DNA of 64,000 bases. Origin: Candidatus Marinacidobacterium sp. (lineage in GTDB: Bacteria; Acidobacteriota; Vicinamibacteria; Marinacidobacterales; Marinacidobacteraceae). A program made the translations under genes and the position numbers. Shown piece after piece: positions 46,683 through 56,009 of this stretch. The notes beneath the pieces are model-generated. The model worked only from the letters and a program-made list of their open reading frames with translations, did not search any database and was not told the DNA's origin. Position 1 is the stretch's first letter. Each line of letters opens with the position of its first letter. The DNA lies in the NCBI GenBank assembly GCA_965204755.1, contig OZ242011.1, positions 3,424,001 to 3,488,000 of the forward strand, written 5' to 3'.

Positions 46683-48850
46683 GCGCCGGGGCCGGGGAGG
46701 ACGCCGGGAGGGAGTTCCTCGTCGAAGTCGGCTGCGAGGAAATCCCCGCGGACTGGCTCGACCCGCTCGTCGAGCGGTTCGCGGAGGCGCTGGAGACCGG
46801 GCTCCGCGAAGCCGACCTGGCCCCGCAGGGGGGCGCCGGTTTCGGGACGCCGCGCCGGCTGGTGGCGCGGTTCACCGGAGTGCCGACGAGCCAGCCGGAG
46901 CGGGCCGAAGAAGTCCTCGGGCCGCCGGCGCGGGTGGGGCGGGACGCGGACGGGGGCTGGACGCGGGCGGCCGCCGGGTTCGCCCGCCGCCACGGGATCG
47001 GGGAGTCCGCCCTCGACGCGGAACTCCGGGTGGTCTCCACCCCGCGCGGCGAATATGTGGGCTTTCGGCGCGTTACCGCGGGTCTGCCGGCGGCGGAGGT
47101 CGTTCCTCCGGTGCTGGAGGCGGCGCTCCGGGGCCTGCCGTTCCCGAAGACCATGCACTGGGACGCGGAGATCTCCGGGCGGGCGTTCCCGTTCGGGCGG
47201 CCGATCCGGTGGCTGGTCCTCCTGCTGGGCGGGGAGGTGGTTCCGTTCACCATCGAGGTCCGCGGCGGGCCTCCGGTGGTTTCCGGGGCCGAGAGCCGGG
47301 GGCACCGCTTCCGCAGCGCGGACGGCTCGCCGCCGGGGGCGCCGTTCGCGGTGGACTCCTTCGAGTCGCTCCGCGCCGGGCTTCGGCGCCGGTGCGTGCT
47401 GCTCGACCCGGAGGAGCGGCGGCGGGAACTCGCGCGGAAGGTCGCCGAGTGCGCGGCGGGGGCCGCGGTCGCGCCGCCTTCGGGGGACCTGCCGAACTTG
47501 GTGGAGTGGCCCGGCGCGGTGTTCGGGACCTATCCGGAGGAGTTCGAGTCGCTGCCGGAGGAGATCCGGCGGACCGTCCTGGTGCACCACCAGAAGTACC
47601 TGCCGGTGGAGGGCGCCTGCGCCTTCGTCGCGGTGACGAACCTCGGGGACGACCCGACCGGGGCGGTCCGGCGGGGCGTCGAACGCGTCGTCCTCGCCCG
47701 GATGCGGGACGCCCGGTTCTTCTGGGACGACGACCGCCGCGCCGCGTTGGGGGAGCGCCGGGAGGCGCTGCGGGACATCGTGTTCCACCGGGAACTGGGG
47801 AGCCTCTTCGCGAAGTCGGAGCGGATGGAGTCGCTGGCCGGGTGGACCGCCGACCGCCTCGGCGCCGACCGGTCGGCTGCCGCGCGGGCCGCCGCGCTCG
47901 CCAAGTGCGACCTCTCCACCGGCCTGGTCGGCGAGTTCGCCTCCCTGCAGGGCGTCGCCGGCGGGCTCTACCTGCGGGAAGAGGGCGAGAGCGAAGCGGT
48001 CTGGCGGGCGGTGTACGACCACTACCGGCCGGAGGGGGCGGAGGGCCGGCTGCCGGAGACGGTCGAGGGCGCCGCGGTGGCGCTGGCCGACCGGGCGGAC
48101 ACGCTCGCCGGGTTCTTCCTCGCCGGCGAGGCGCCCTCCGGCGCCGGCGACCCGTACGGGCTGAGGCGGGCGGCGCTCTCGCTCCTGCGGCTGCTCCGGG
48201 ACGGGCCGGACGCGTACGGCGCCCCGGCGTCCGGCGGGGCTTGGCCGAGCCCGCTCGAACTGGTCGGGGAGGCGCTTCGCGGGTACTCGCCGGACGAAGA
48301 GGCCGCGGAGGCGGTCTCCGCGCGGCTCCGGGAGTTCCTCGACGACCGGCTGCCGCATGCGCTCCGGCGCGCCTCGGTCCCCGCCGGGGCGGTGCGGGCG
48401 GTGCTGGCGCGGGCCTCCGCGGAACACCCGGTCGCGGACACCTGGGCGCGGGCGCTGGCGCTGGCCGGCGCCGTCGGGACCGGGGACTGCGCCGCGCTCG
48501 CCGCCGCGGCGAAGCGGGTGCGGCGGATCCTCACCCCGGAGGCGCGGGCTTCCGCCGCCGCCGAAACCGACCCGGCCCGCGCCGCCGAACCGGCGGAGCG
48601 CGCGCTGCTCGAGGCGCTCGCCGCGACCGGAAGCGAGGTCTCGCAGGCGTTCGCCCGGGGCGCCTACCCCGAGGCGTTCGGGGCGCTCGCGCGCCTCGGG
48701 CCGGCGGTGGACCGCTTCTTCGACGAGGTTCTGGTGCTCGCCGAGGATCCGGCCGTCCGGGCGAACCGGCTGGCCCTGCTCGTCCGGCTGGCCGCCCTCT
48801 TCTCGGAGGCGGGCGACCTCGGCGAGATCGAGTCCGACGCCGGGCGGTAG
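46679..48850 (+). CDS. glyS: Glycine--tRNA ligase beta subunit
   Basis: LVEVGCEEIP, TPRRL, RPIRWL, LVEWP, HQKY, EFASLQG, DPYGLRR, NRLALL. Confidence 0.96.
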
Positions 48851-48873
48851 CGGACGCGGGGGGTCGCCGGGGA

Positions 48874-50658
48874 ATGGGCCAGGTCCGGAGGCTGCCGGCG
48901 GCGGTCGCCAACCAGATCGCCGCCGGCGAAGTGGTCGAGCGGCCGGCGGCGGTCGTGCGGGAACTGGTCGAGAACTCCATCGACGCCGGGGCCCGGCGGG
49001 TCTCCGTCGTTTCCCGGAAGGCGGGGCGGGGGGAGATCCGGGTTACCGACGACGGGATCGGCATGACCCCGGAGGACGCGCGGCTCGCCCTCGAACGCCA
49101 CGCGACCAGCAAGATCGAGTCGGTAGAGGACCTCGGCGAGATCGGCTCGCTGGGGTTTCGCGGGGAGGCGCTCCCGGCGATCGCCTCGGTCTCCCGGTTC
49201 CGGCTGGGCACCCGGCCGGAGGAGGCGGAGGCCGGCTGGGAGATCCGGGTGGAGGGGGGGCGGACGACCGCCGACCGGCCGGCGGGGCTGCCCTTGGGAA
49301 CGGTGGTGGAGGTCCGCGACCTGTTCTTCAACACCCCCGCCCGGCGGAAGTTCCTGCGGGCGGACGCGACGGAGGCGGCCCGGATCGTGGCTTCCGTCCA
49401 ACTGCTCGCCGCGTCCTGGCCGGAGGTCCGGTTCGACCTCGAGAGCGGCGGCCGGTCCCAGATTTCGGTTCCGCCGGCGCCCGACCGGGCGGCCCGGCTC
49501 CGCCAGTTGGAGCCGAGGTTCTTCAAGACGGCCCTCGCCGCCGACTCCTCGTTCGGCGCGTGCTCGGTCCGGGCGTTCCTCTCCCCGCCGACGGCGCCGC
49601 GCGGCGCCTCCACCGGGGTGCGGCTGTTCGTGAACGGCCGGGCGATCAGCGACCGGCGGCTGTTCCACGCGGTGACGCAGGCCTACCGGGAGATCTCCAG
49701 TCTCGCCGGCGCCCCGAAGGCGTATGTGTTCCTGGAAGTCCCGCCGGAGGAAGTGGATGTGAATGTCCATCCGGCGAAGGCGGAGGTGCGCTTCTCCGAC
49801 GGCGGCGGGATGTGGCGGATCGTCCACCTCGCGGTCGTGGACGCGCTCCGGGAGTCGCCCCGGCAGGTGGCGCCCGGGGGCGGCGCGGCGCTCGCCGCGG
49901 GAGAGGGCGCCGGGTGGGCCGCGGCGCCGGGCGGCGGGGCGGGGATGGTCCGGGAAGGCGGCGGCGTCTTTCCCGGAGGAGGAGCGTTCTCCGGCGACGG
50001 GCGGGAGGCCGCGGACCTGCTCTACGGCGGCGCGGCGGTCGGGGGCCCCTCCCCGGTCGAGGAGGCCCGCTACCTGGACTTCGCGGAGCGGCCGCCGCGG
50101 GTGCTCGCGCAGTTCCGCTCCTCCTACATCCTGGCCGAGGACGGGGACGGGCTGCTGCTCGTGGACCAGCACGCCGCCGAGGAGCGCGCCCTCTTCGAGA
50201 AGTTGATGGAGCGCTCCGCCCGGCCGGAGACCGCGCGCTTCCTGCAGCCGGTCCCGCTGGAACTCTCCGCCGCGGAACGGGCGGAACTCGAGGCCGAGCG
50301 GGAGCGGCTGGTCGGCTGCGGGTTCGAGATCGGGGAGGGGAACGGCGGGGACCCGGCGCTGCTGGGCGCGCCGGCGGCGCTCGGCCTCGGGGCCGGCGTT
50401 TCCGTGCTCCTCCGCTCGCTCTCCCCCGCCGAGGGCGAGTGCGCGGAGACCGCCTCGCTGGACCTCCGCGCCCGCATCTTCGCCCGGGTCGCCTGCCACG
50501 CCTCGGTCACCGCGAAGACGCGCCTCTCGCCGGAACGCATGGAGGCCATCCTCGAAAACCTCTGGGCCGCGCCGAACCCGGCCACCTGTCCCCACGGCCG
50601 GCCGACCGCGCTGCGCTTCGACCTGGACTGGCTGGAGCGCCGCTTCGGGCGGCGTTGA
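48874..50658 (+). CDS. mutL: DNA mismatch repair protein MutL (endonuclease-positive type)
   Basis: NQIAAGEVVERP, ENSIDAGA, HATSK, GFRGEAL, DVNVHPAK, DQHAAEER, ACH, CPHGRP. Confidence 0.97.
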   Translation: MGQVRRLPAAVANQIAAGEVVERPAAVVRELVENSIDAGARRVSVVSRKAGRGEIRVTDDGIGMTPEDARLALERHATSKIESVEDLGEIGSLGFRGEALPAIASVSRFRLGTRPEEAEAGWEIRVEGGRTTADRPAGLPLGTVVEVRDLFFNTPARRKFLRADATEAARIVASVQLLAASWPEVRFDLESGGRSQISVPPAPDRAARLRQLEPRFFKTALAADSSFGACSVRAFLSPPTAPRGASTGVRLFVNGRAISDRRLFHAVTQAYREISSLAGAPKAYVFLEVPPEEVDVNVHPAKAEVRFSDGGGMWRIVHLAVVDALRESPRQVAPGGGAALAAGEGAGWAAAPGGGAGMVREGGGVFPGGGAFSGDGREAADLLYGGAAVGGPSPVEEARYLDFAERPPRVLAQFRSSYILAEDGDGLLLVDQHAAEERALFEKLMERSARPETARFLQPVPLELSAAERAELEAERERLVGCGFEIGEGNGGDPALLGAPAALGLGAGVSVLLRSLSPAEGECAETASLDLRARIFARVACHASVTAKTRLSPERMEAILENLWAAPNPATCPHGRPTALRFDLDWLERRFGRR

Positions 50659-50675
50659 GGGCCGAGGGAGTCCCG

Positions 50676-50939
50676 GTGGCGGCGAAGCGGCGGCGTCCGG
50701 GACGCCCGGAACGCCCGAAACGCCCGGAGCCGGAGGCGGCGGTCACGCTCGACTGGGTCCGGTACTTCGCGGGCCGCCTGCTGCAGATGGTCGGCCTGCT
50801 GGCGCTCACCGGCGCGATGGCGCTCTTCTTCGGCGCGGAGCAGATGGAGCGCCGGATGCTCGCCGCCACCGCGGTCGCCGCGGCGTTCTTCGTCGGCGGT
50901 TGGCTGTTGTCCCGGAAGCGCCCCCGGGGCGCCCGCTGA
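50676..50939 (+). CDS. Small two-TM membrane protein
   Basis: YFAGRLLQMVGLLALTGAMALFF and MLAATAVAAAFFVGGWLL hydrophobic segments; start approximate. Confidence 0.65.
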   Translation: MAAKRRRPGRPERPKRPEPEAAVTLDWVRYFAGRLLQMVGLLALTGAMALFFGAEQMERRMLAATAVAAAFFVGGWLLSRKRPRGAR

Positions 50940-51008
50940 CCGCCCGACCGCCGCCGCGCGGAGGGACGCCGAGGCCGCGGGAAATCGGCGCGGTCGCCCC
51001 GCGGACTC

Positions 51009-51037
51009 TTGACCGGGAGAGCGGCGCGCCCTAAATT
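51009..51037 (+). promoter_or_regulatory. Sigma70-type promoter of the rpsP operon
   Basis: TTGACC (51009-51014), 17-nt spacer, TAAATT (51032-51037). Confidence 0.75.
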
Positions 51038-51199
51038 TCCGGGGTTCCGCGGGCGAGCGGCCGGTCGCCGCTCTGCGCCAGGGAGCGGGGGTTTCGACTC
51101 GCTCCGCCCCGGAGGATCGCGCGCCGCGACGAAGTGAGCGACCGCGAGACGCCCGGTCCTCCCGTCCCGAACCAGACGAACCTTCCCAGAAAGACTCCG

Positions 51200-51613
51200 G
51201 TGCTCAACATCCGCCTGGCCCGCGCGGGCCGAAAGCGCGACGCCCATTTCCGGGTCGTCGTCTCCGACTCCGTCCACGGACGCGTGGGGCGGATCCTGGA
51301 AACCGTGGGCCACTACCACCCGCGGCTGCCGAACGACGCCGAGGGACGGATCCATCTCGACCGCTCCCGGACCCGCTACTGGCTCGACCGGGGCGCGCGC
51401 CCCAGCGACACCGTCCGCAGTTTCCTGAAGAACCTGCCCGAGCCGTCCGCCGAGGATTCGGCGGAGGAGGCCGCCGCGCCGACGGGGCCAGCCGCCGCCG
51501 AATCCGCGGAGACCGCTCCCGGGACCCCCACCGAATCGCCGGCCGAAACCCCTTCCGCCGCCGCGCCTTCCGGGCCCCCTCCGGAAGCGCCTTCGGCGCC
51601 GGAACCGGGCTGA
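51200..51613 (+). CDS. rpsP: 30S ribosomal protein S16 with low-complexity C-terminal tail
   Basis: LNIRLARAGRK...FRVVVSDS...ETVGHYHP...WLDRGARPSDTV; GTG 51200 preferred (alternative 51134). Confidence 0.95.
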   Translation: MLNIRLARAGRKRDAHFRVVVSDSVHGRVGRILETVGHYHPRLPNDAEGRIHLDRSRTRYWLDRGARPSDTVRSFLKNLPEPSAEDSAEEAAAPTGPAAAESAETAPGTPTESPAETPSAAAPSGPPPEAPSAPEPG

Positions 51614-51740
51614 CGCCCGCCGGCCCTCCCCGGACGCCTCCCCGGACGCGGCCGCCCCGGGCGGCCCCGCGCCCGGCGGGGCTCGCACCTTCCTCCCCAA
51701 GACCCGACTCCCCCCGAAGCGACTTGAGACTCGATCCCCC

Positions 51741-52325
51741 ATGGCGGCCCAGGCGACGGATATCGGGACGCCCTCCGGGGCGGCGGAGGTGGTCATCGGC
51801 CGCGTGGCGCGGCCGTTCGGCCGGCGCGGCGAAGTCGTCGTCGACCCGCTGACCGACGGCTGCGAGCGCTTCTTCGACCTCGACTCGGCCGAGATCGGGC
51901 TTCCCGGCGCGCCGGGCGCGCGCCGCCGCATCGAATCGGTGCGGATCCTCCGGGGCCGCCCGGTGGTCCGGTTCGACGGGATCACCGACATCGGCGGCGC
52001 CGAGAGCCTCCGCCTCGCCGAGATCCGGATCGCGGAGGCGGAGCGCGCGCCGCTCGCCCCGGGCCGCTACTACCACGACGACCTGATCGGCCTCCGCGCC
52101 GAAGACCCGAGCGGGGCGCCGCTCGGAAGGGTCGTCGCCGTGGAGGACACCGCCGGGCCCTGCCTGCTCGTGCTCCGGGGCGAAGACGGGAGCGAAGACG
52201 GGAGCGAAGACGGGAGCGAAGACTTGGTCCCCTTCGTCGAGGCGATCTGCGAGACGGTGGACCTCCCCGGTTCCCGGATCGTGATGCGCCTGCCGGACGG
52301 CCTGCGGGGGCTCAATGCGGATTGA
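51741..52325 (+). CDS. rimM: Ribosome maturation factor RimM
   Basis: IGRVARPFGRRGEV, YYHDDLIGL, LVPFV, VDL; operon position. Confidence 0.94.
   Translation: MAAQATDIGTPSGAAEVVIGRVARPFGRRGEVVVDPLTDGCERFFDLDSAEIGLPGAPGARRRIESVRILRGRPVVRFDGITDIGGAESLRLAEIRIAEAERAPLAPGRYYHDDLIGLRAEDPSGAPLGRVVAVEDTAGPCLLVLRGEDGSEDGSEDGSEDLVPFVEAICETVDLPGSRIVMRLPDGLRGLNAD
52181..52223 (+). repeat. 12-bp tandem repeat CGAAGACGGGAG x3.6 inside rimM (EDGS repeats)
   Basis: Perfect copies at 52181, 52193 and 52205, partial copy at 52217. Confidence 0.95.
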
Positions 52326-53037
52326 CATCGTGACGCTGATGCCGGGGATGTTCCGGGAGGTGTTCGACCACGGGATCGTCCGCCGGGCGCGCCGCGCCGG
52401 GCTGGCCGCCGTCTTCCTCCACCCGCTCACCGCCTGGACCGAGGGGCGGTTCCAGCGCGCCGACGACGCCCCCTACGGCGGCGGGCCGGGGATGGTGATG
52501 CGGGCGCCGCCGCTGGTCGCCGCGGTCGAGGCGGTGCAGGCGCTCGAACCCCGCCCGGCGCGGACGCTGCTGCTCTCGCCGCGCGGCTCGCGCCTCGACC
52601 AGCGCGCGGTCGCCGCCCTGGCCGGGGAACCCCGGCTGCTGCTGGTCTGCGGCCGGTACGAAGGCGTGGACGAACGGTTCGTCGAGATCACCGGCGCGGA
52701 GGAAGTCTCCGTCGGTGACTATGTGCTCTCCGGGGGCGAAATCCCGGCGATGGTCCTGGTGGACGCGGTGACCCGCCTCCTGCCGGGCGCGGTCTCCGAC
52801 CCGGCGTCCGTCGTCGAGGAGTCGTTCGCCGACGGCCTGCTCGAGCACCCGCAGTACACCCGGCCGGCGGTCTTCCGGGGGCGCCCGGTCCCCCCGGTGC
52901 TCCGGTCCGGCGACCACGAGGCGGTGCGGCGGTTCCGCCGCGAACGGTCGCTCGCGCTGACCGAAGCCCGCCGCCCCGACCTCTACGGCGCCCGGGCGCC
53001 CGACTTTCCCGAGACCGAGGAGAACGAACCATCATGA
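52315..53037 (+). CDS. trmD: tRNA (guanine-N1)-methyltransferase
   Basis: [45 protein letters not shown]. Confidence 0.97.
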   Translation: MRIDIVTLMPGMFREVFDHGIVRRARRAGLAAVFLHPLTAWTEGRFQRADDAPYGGGPGMVMRAPPLVAAVEAVQALEPRPARTLLLSPRGSRLDQRAVAALAGEPRLLLVCGRYEGVDERFVEITGAEEVSVGDYVLSGGEIPAMVLVDAVTRLLPGAVSDPASVVEESFADGLLEHPQYTRPAVFRGRPVPPVLRSGDHEAVRRFRRERSLALTEARRPDLYGARAPDFPETEENEPS

Positions 53038-53537
53038 GCGAGAACCGACTGGCGCCTGTCGAGAACGAGGCCGGGAGCGAGGCCGATCTCGGGGAGGACG
53101 CCCCGGTCGTCGGCGGCGAGTCCGACGACGAGTCCTACGACGAGGCGGAGTACGCGGACGAGGAAGCCGCGGAAGCGGGGCCCCCGCCCGGCGCCGAAGT
53201 GATCCGGCGGCTGGAAGCGGCGCAGTTGCGGGAAGACCGGCCGGAACTCCGGCCCGGGGACGCGGTGCGGGTCCACGCCACGATCCGCGAGGGTGACCGC
53301 GAGCGGGTCCAGGTCTTCGAGGGGGTCCTGATCGCGCTGAAACACGGCGGGAACCGGCGGACGATCACCGTGCGGAAGACTTCGTTCGGCGTCCCGGTGG
53401 AGCGGATCTTCCCGCTCCACTCGCCGCTGGTCGCCCGGATCGAGGTCGTCCGCTCGCACCATGTCCGGCGCGCCAAGTTGTACTTCCTGCGCAAGCGGAA
53501 GGGGAAGGCGGCCCGCCTGAGGGAGAAACGCCGCTGA
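53034..53537 (+). CDS. rplS: 50S ribosomal protein L19 with acidic N-terminal extension
   Basis: [46 protein letters not shown]. Confidence 0.96.
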   Translation: MSENRLAPVENEAGSEADLGEDAPVVGGESDDESYDEAEYADEEAAEAGPPPGAEVIRRLEAAQLREDRPELRPGDAVRVHATIREGDRERVQVFEGVLIALKHGGNRRTITVRKTSFGVPVERIFPLHSPLVARIEVVRSHHVRRAKLYFLRKRKGKAARLREKRR

Positions 53538-53580
53538 CGGGCGGTCCCCGCCCCGGCCGGCCGGCGACCGCCCCGGCGCG

Positions 53581-54309
53581 ATGACCCTTCCGGCGGCGGG
53601 GGCGGCCGCCCCCCGGCGGGCCGACGGGCGGCTCGTCGCCTGCGCCATCACCGCGATCGGCAGCCTCACCCCCCGGCGGCTCGGCGACCTGCTCCGCGCC
53701 GGCTGCGACTTCGTCCAGTTGCGCGACCGCCAAGCGAGCGACCGGAGGTTCGACGAGTTCCTCGCGCTCGTGGGCGAGGAGGCGCCGGAGGCGATGCCGC
53801 GCCTGCTGGTGAACGACCGCCCGACGCTGGCTCTCGCCTACCCGGTGGCCGGCGTCCATCTTCCCGAAGCGAGCCTCCGGGCGCGGGACGCGGTGGAACT
53901 GCGCGAGCGGAGCGGTCGCCGGTTCCTCGTGGGGAGATCGGCGCACGGGCCGGAGGCGGCGGCGGAAGCGGAAGCGGAGGGCGCGGACTATGTGCTGCTC
54001 GGCCCGGTCTTCCCGACCGCTTCCAAGCCCCGCCCGTTGCCCCCCGGCGCGCTCCGCGAGACGCTCGACCGCTGCTCCCTGCCGGTCTGGGCGGTGGGCG
54101 GGTTGAACCCGGAAACGCTCGGCGAACTCCGCCTCCCGGCGCCCTCCGGCGGTTCCCGGCTGGCCGGCGCGGCCGCCGTCCGCGCCCTCGCCGACCCGCT
54201 CCGGGCCGCCGGGTTCGTGGCCGAGTTGGAGCGCCTGGCGGGGCGGCCGTCCCGCCCGACCGGGGCGCCTCGAGCGGCGGCGAAACTCCGCGGCGGCGGC
54301 GCGTGTTGA
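53581..54309 (+). CDS. Thiamine-phosphate synthase (ThiE/TenI) family protein
   Basis: VQLRDR, LVNDR, GVHL, VGRSAH, DYVLLGPVFPTASK, AVGG. Confidence 0.85.
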   Translation: MTLPAAGAAAPRRADGRLVACAITAIGSLTPRRLGDLLRAGCDFVQLRDRQASDRRFDEFLALVGEEAPEAMPRLLVNDRPTLALAYPVAGVHLPEASLRARDAVELRERSGRRFLVGRSAHGPEAAAEAEAEGADYVLLGPVFPTASKPRPLPPGALRETLDRCSLPVWAVGGLNPETLGELRLPAPSGGSRLAGAAAVRALADPLRAAGFVAELERLAGRPSRPTGAPRAAAKLRGGGAC

Positions 54310-54344
54310 AATTCCGTCCGTTCGGAACGCCGCCGCCCCCCGCC

Positions 54345-56009
54345 ATGGCCCAGACGCCGCCGCCCAACCGGCCCCGGCGGCGCCCTGCCGCCGCCCGGGC
54401 CCTCTCCGTCCGGCTCCTCCCGTTCGGGCTCCTTCTCGTCGGCCCTCCGGCCTCGGCGGGGGCGCAGCCGGCGTCCCCGGAACTCGAAGAGGCCGCCGAG
54501 CGGCGTTTCCTGAGCGCCGAGCAGTTCTACCGGGGCGGGCGCCACGCGCAGGCGCTGCGGGACTACGAGACCGTGCTGCGGGCCATGGCGGAGAGCAGCC
54601 TCGCCGACGACGCCGCCCTCCGCATCGCGTTCCACCGGTTCGAGGTGGAAGCGAACCCGATGGCGGCGGCGGAGATGGCGGAGCGGGTGCTCACCGAGTT
54701 CCCGGCGGGGGACGCGATCCCCGGCGCGCACCTGCTCCTCGGGCGGATCGCCGCCGAGAGCGTGCCGCCGCGCCCGGAGGACGCCGCCGCGGAGTTCGAG
54801 CGCGCCCTGACCGCCGCCGGCCCGGAGGGCTCCGCCTGGTCGTTCGCGGCTCTCCACGGCATCGCCCGGGCCGCCGCCGGGCGGGCGGACGACGAGGAGG
54901 CTGCCGGCGCGCTCCTCTCCGCGCTCTACGAGACCGACGGCGGGGCCGCCGGCGAGCGGGAGCGGTTCGAGGCGCGGTACCTGCTCGCGCTGTCGCTCGC
55001 CCGCGCCGGCCGGAGCGAAGGGGCGCTCGGCGAACTCGCGCCGCTCCGCGCCGACCTGCTGCGCCGGGTCCGCGACCTGCCGGCGTCGGCGCCCGCGCCG
55101 GCCGGCGGGGCGGGGACGGCGGCCGCCGGCGCCCCCCCGGCGCGGGAAGGGGAGTGGGTCGCCGCGCTCGCCCGCCGGGCGGCGGCGCTCTCGCTGGCGA
55201 TGGCCCGGTTCCGCGACCCGGCCGGGCCCCGGTGGACCTTCGCCGGGGCGGTGCGCCCGCCGCGCCGCCTCGACGAGCCCCGGTCGCTCCGGCTCGCCGG
55301 CGGTCTCCTCCACCTGCTCGACCGGGACACCCGCGAAGTCCAGGTCTTCTCCGAGGACGGCGCCTTCGAGAAGTCCATGTCCACGCGAAATCCCTGGGCG
55401 CTGGCGGTGGATCCGGGACTCGGCGGGGAGGCGGAGTCCGACCCGGTGGTCATCGCCGCCGAGGACCTGCTCGTCGTCGGGGGCAACGGCCTGACCCTCC
55501 GGGCGCCCGACCGGGACGGCCGCGCCGAGCCCCTGCGCCGCATCCGGGCGGCGGCGGTGGCGCCGGAGGGCTACTGGGTCTGGGACGACCGCCGGGAACA
55601 GGTGCTGCGGTTCGCGCGCTCCGGGCTCTTCCTCGGCCCGGCGCCCCACCCGCCGCTGGAGCGGGTGCGCGTCATCGCCCGCCACCCCGAGGGACACCTG
55701 GTCGTGGTCACCGAGCGCGACGGGGTGTTCGCCTTCGCCGCCGACGGCCGGCGGGTCTTCCACCTCGACCGGGGGCCGGCCCTCGAAGACCCGGTGGACC
55801 TGGTGTTCGACGACTTGGGGCACTCCTACCTGCTCGACCGGGAGGGGCCGCGGGTCCTGGTCTTCGACCGGGAGTTCCGCGAAGTGGCCGCGGTCTCCGG
55901 CGAAGCGTTCGCCGGCGGGGTGCGGCGCCCGGTCTCGCTCGATGTGGGGGCGGACGGCGCGCTGTTCCTGCTCGACGAAGCCACCGGCGCGGTGGGGGTG
56001 CTCCGGTGA
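54345..56009 (+). CDS. Exported protein with TPR region and C-terminal NHL-like beta-propeller
   Basis: Signal peptide, TPR-like helices (ALRDYETVL..SLADDAAL), propeller-like blades (PVDLVFDDLGHSYLLD, PVSLDVGADGALFLLD). Confidence 0.72.
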   Translation: MAQTPPPNRPRRRPAAARALSVRLLPFGLLLVGPPASAGAQPASPELEEAAERRFLSAEQFYRGGRHAQALRDYETVLRAMAESSLADDAALRIAFHRFEVEANPMAAAEMAERVLTEFPAGDAIPGAHLLLGRIAAESVPPRPEDAAAEFERALTAAGPEGSAWSFAALHGIARAAAGRADDEEAAGALLSALYETDGGAAGERERFEARYLLALSLARAGRSEGALGELAPLRADLLRRVRDLPASAPAPAGGAGTAAAGAPPAREGEWVAALARRAAALSLAMARFRDPAGPRWTFAGAVRPPRRLDEPRSLRLAGGLLHLLDRDTREVQVFSEDGAFEKSMSTRNPWALAVDPGLGGEAESDPVVIAAEDLLVVGGNGLTLRAPDRDGRAEPLRRIRAAAVAPEGYWVWDDRREQVLRFARSGLFLGPAPHPPLERVRVIARHPEGHLVVVTERDGVFAFAADGRRVFHLDRGPALEDPVDLVFDDLGHSYLLDREGPRVLVFDREFREVAAVSGEAFAGGVRRPVSLDVGADGALFLLDEATGAVGVLR

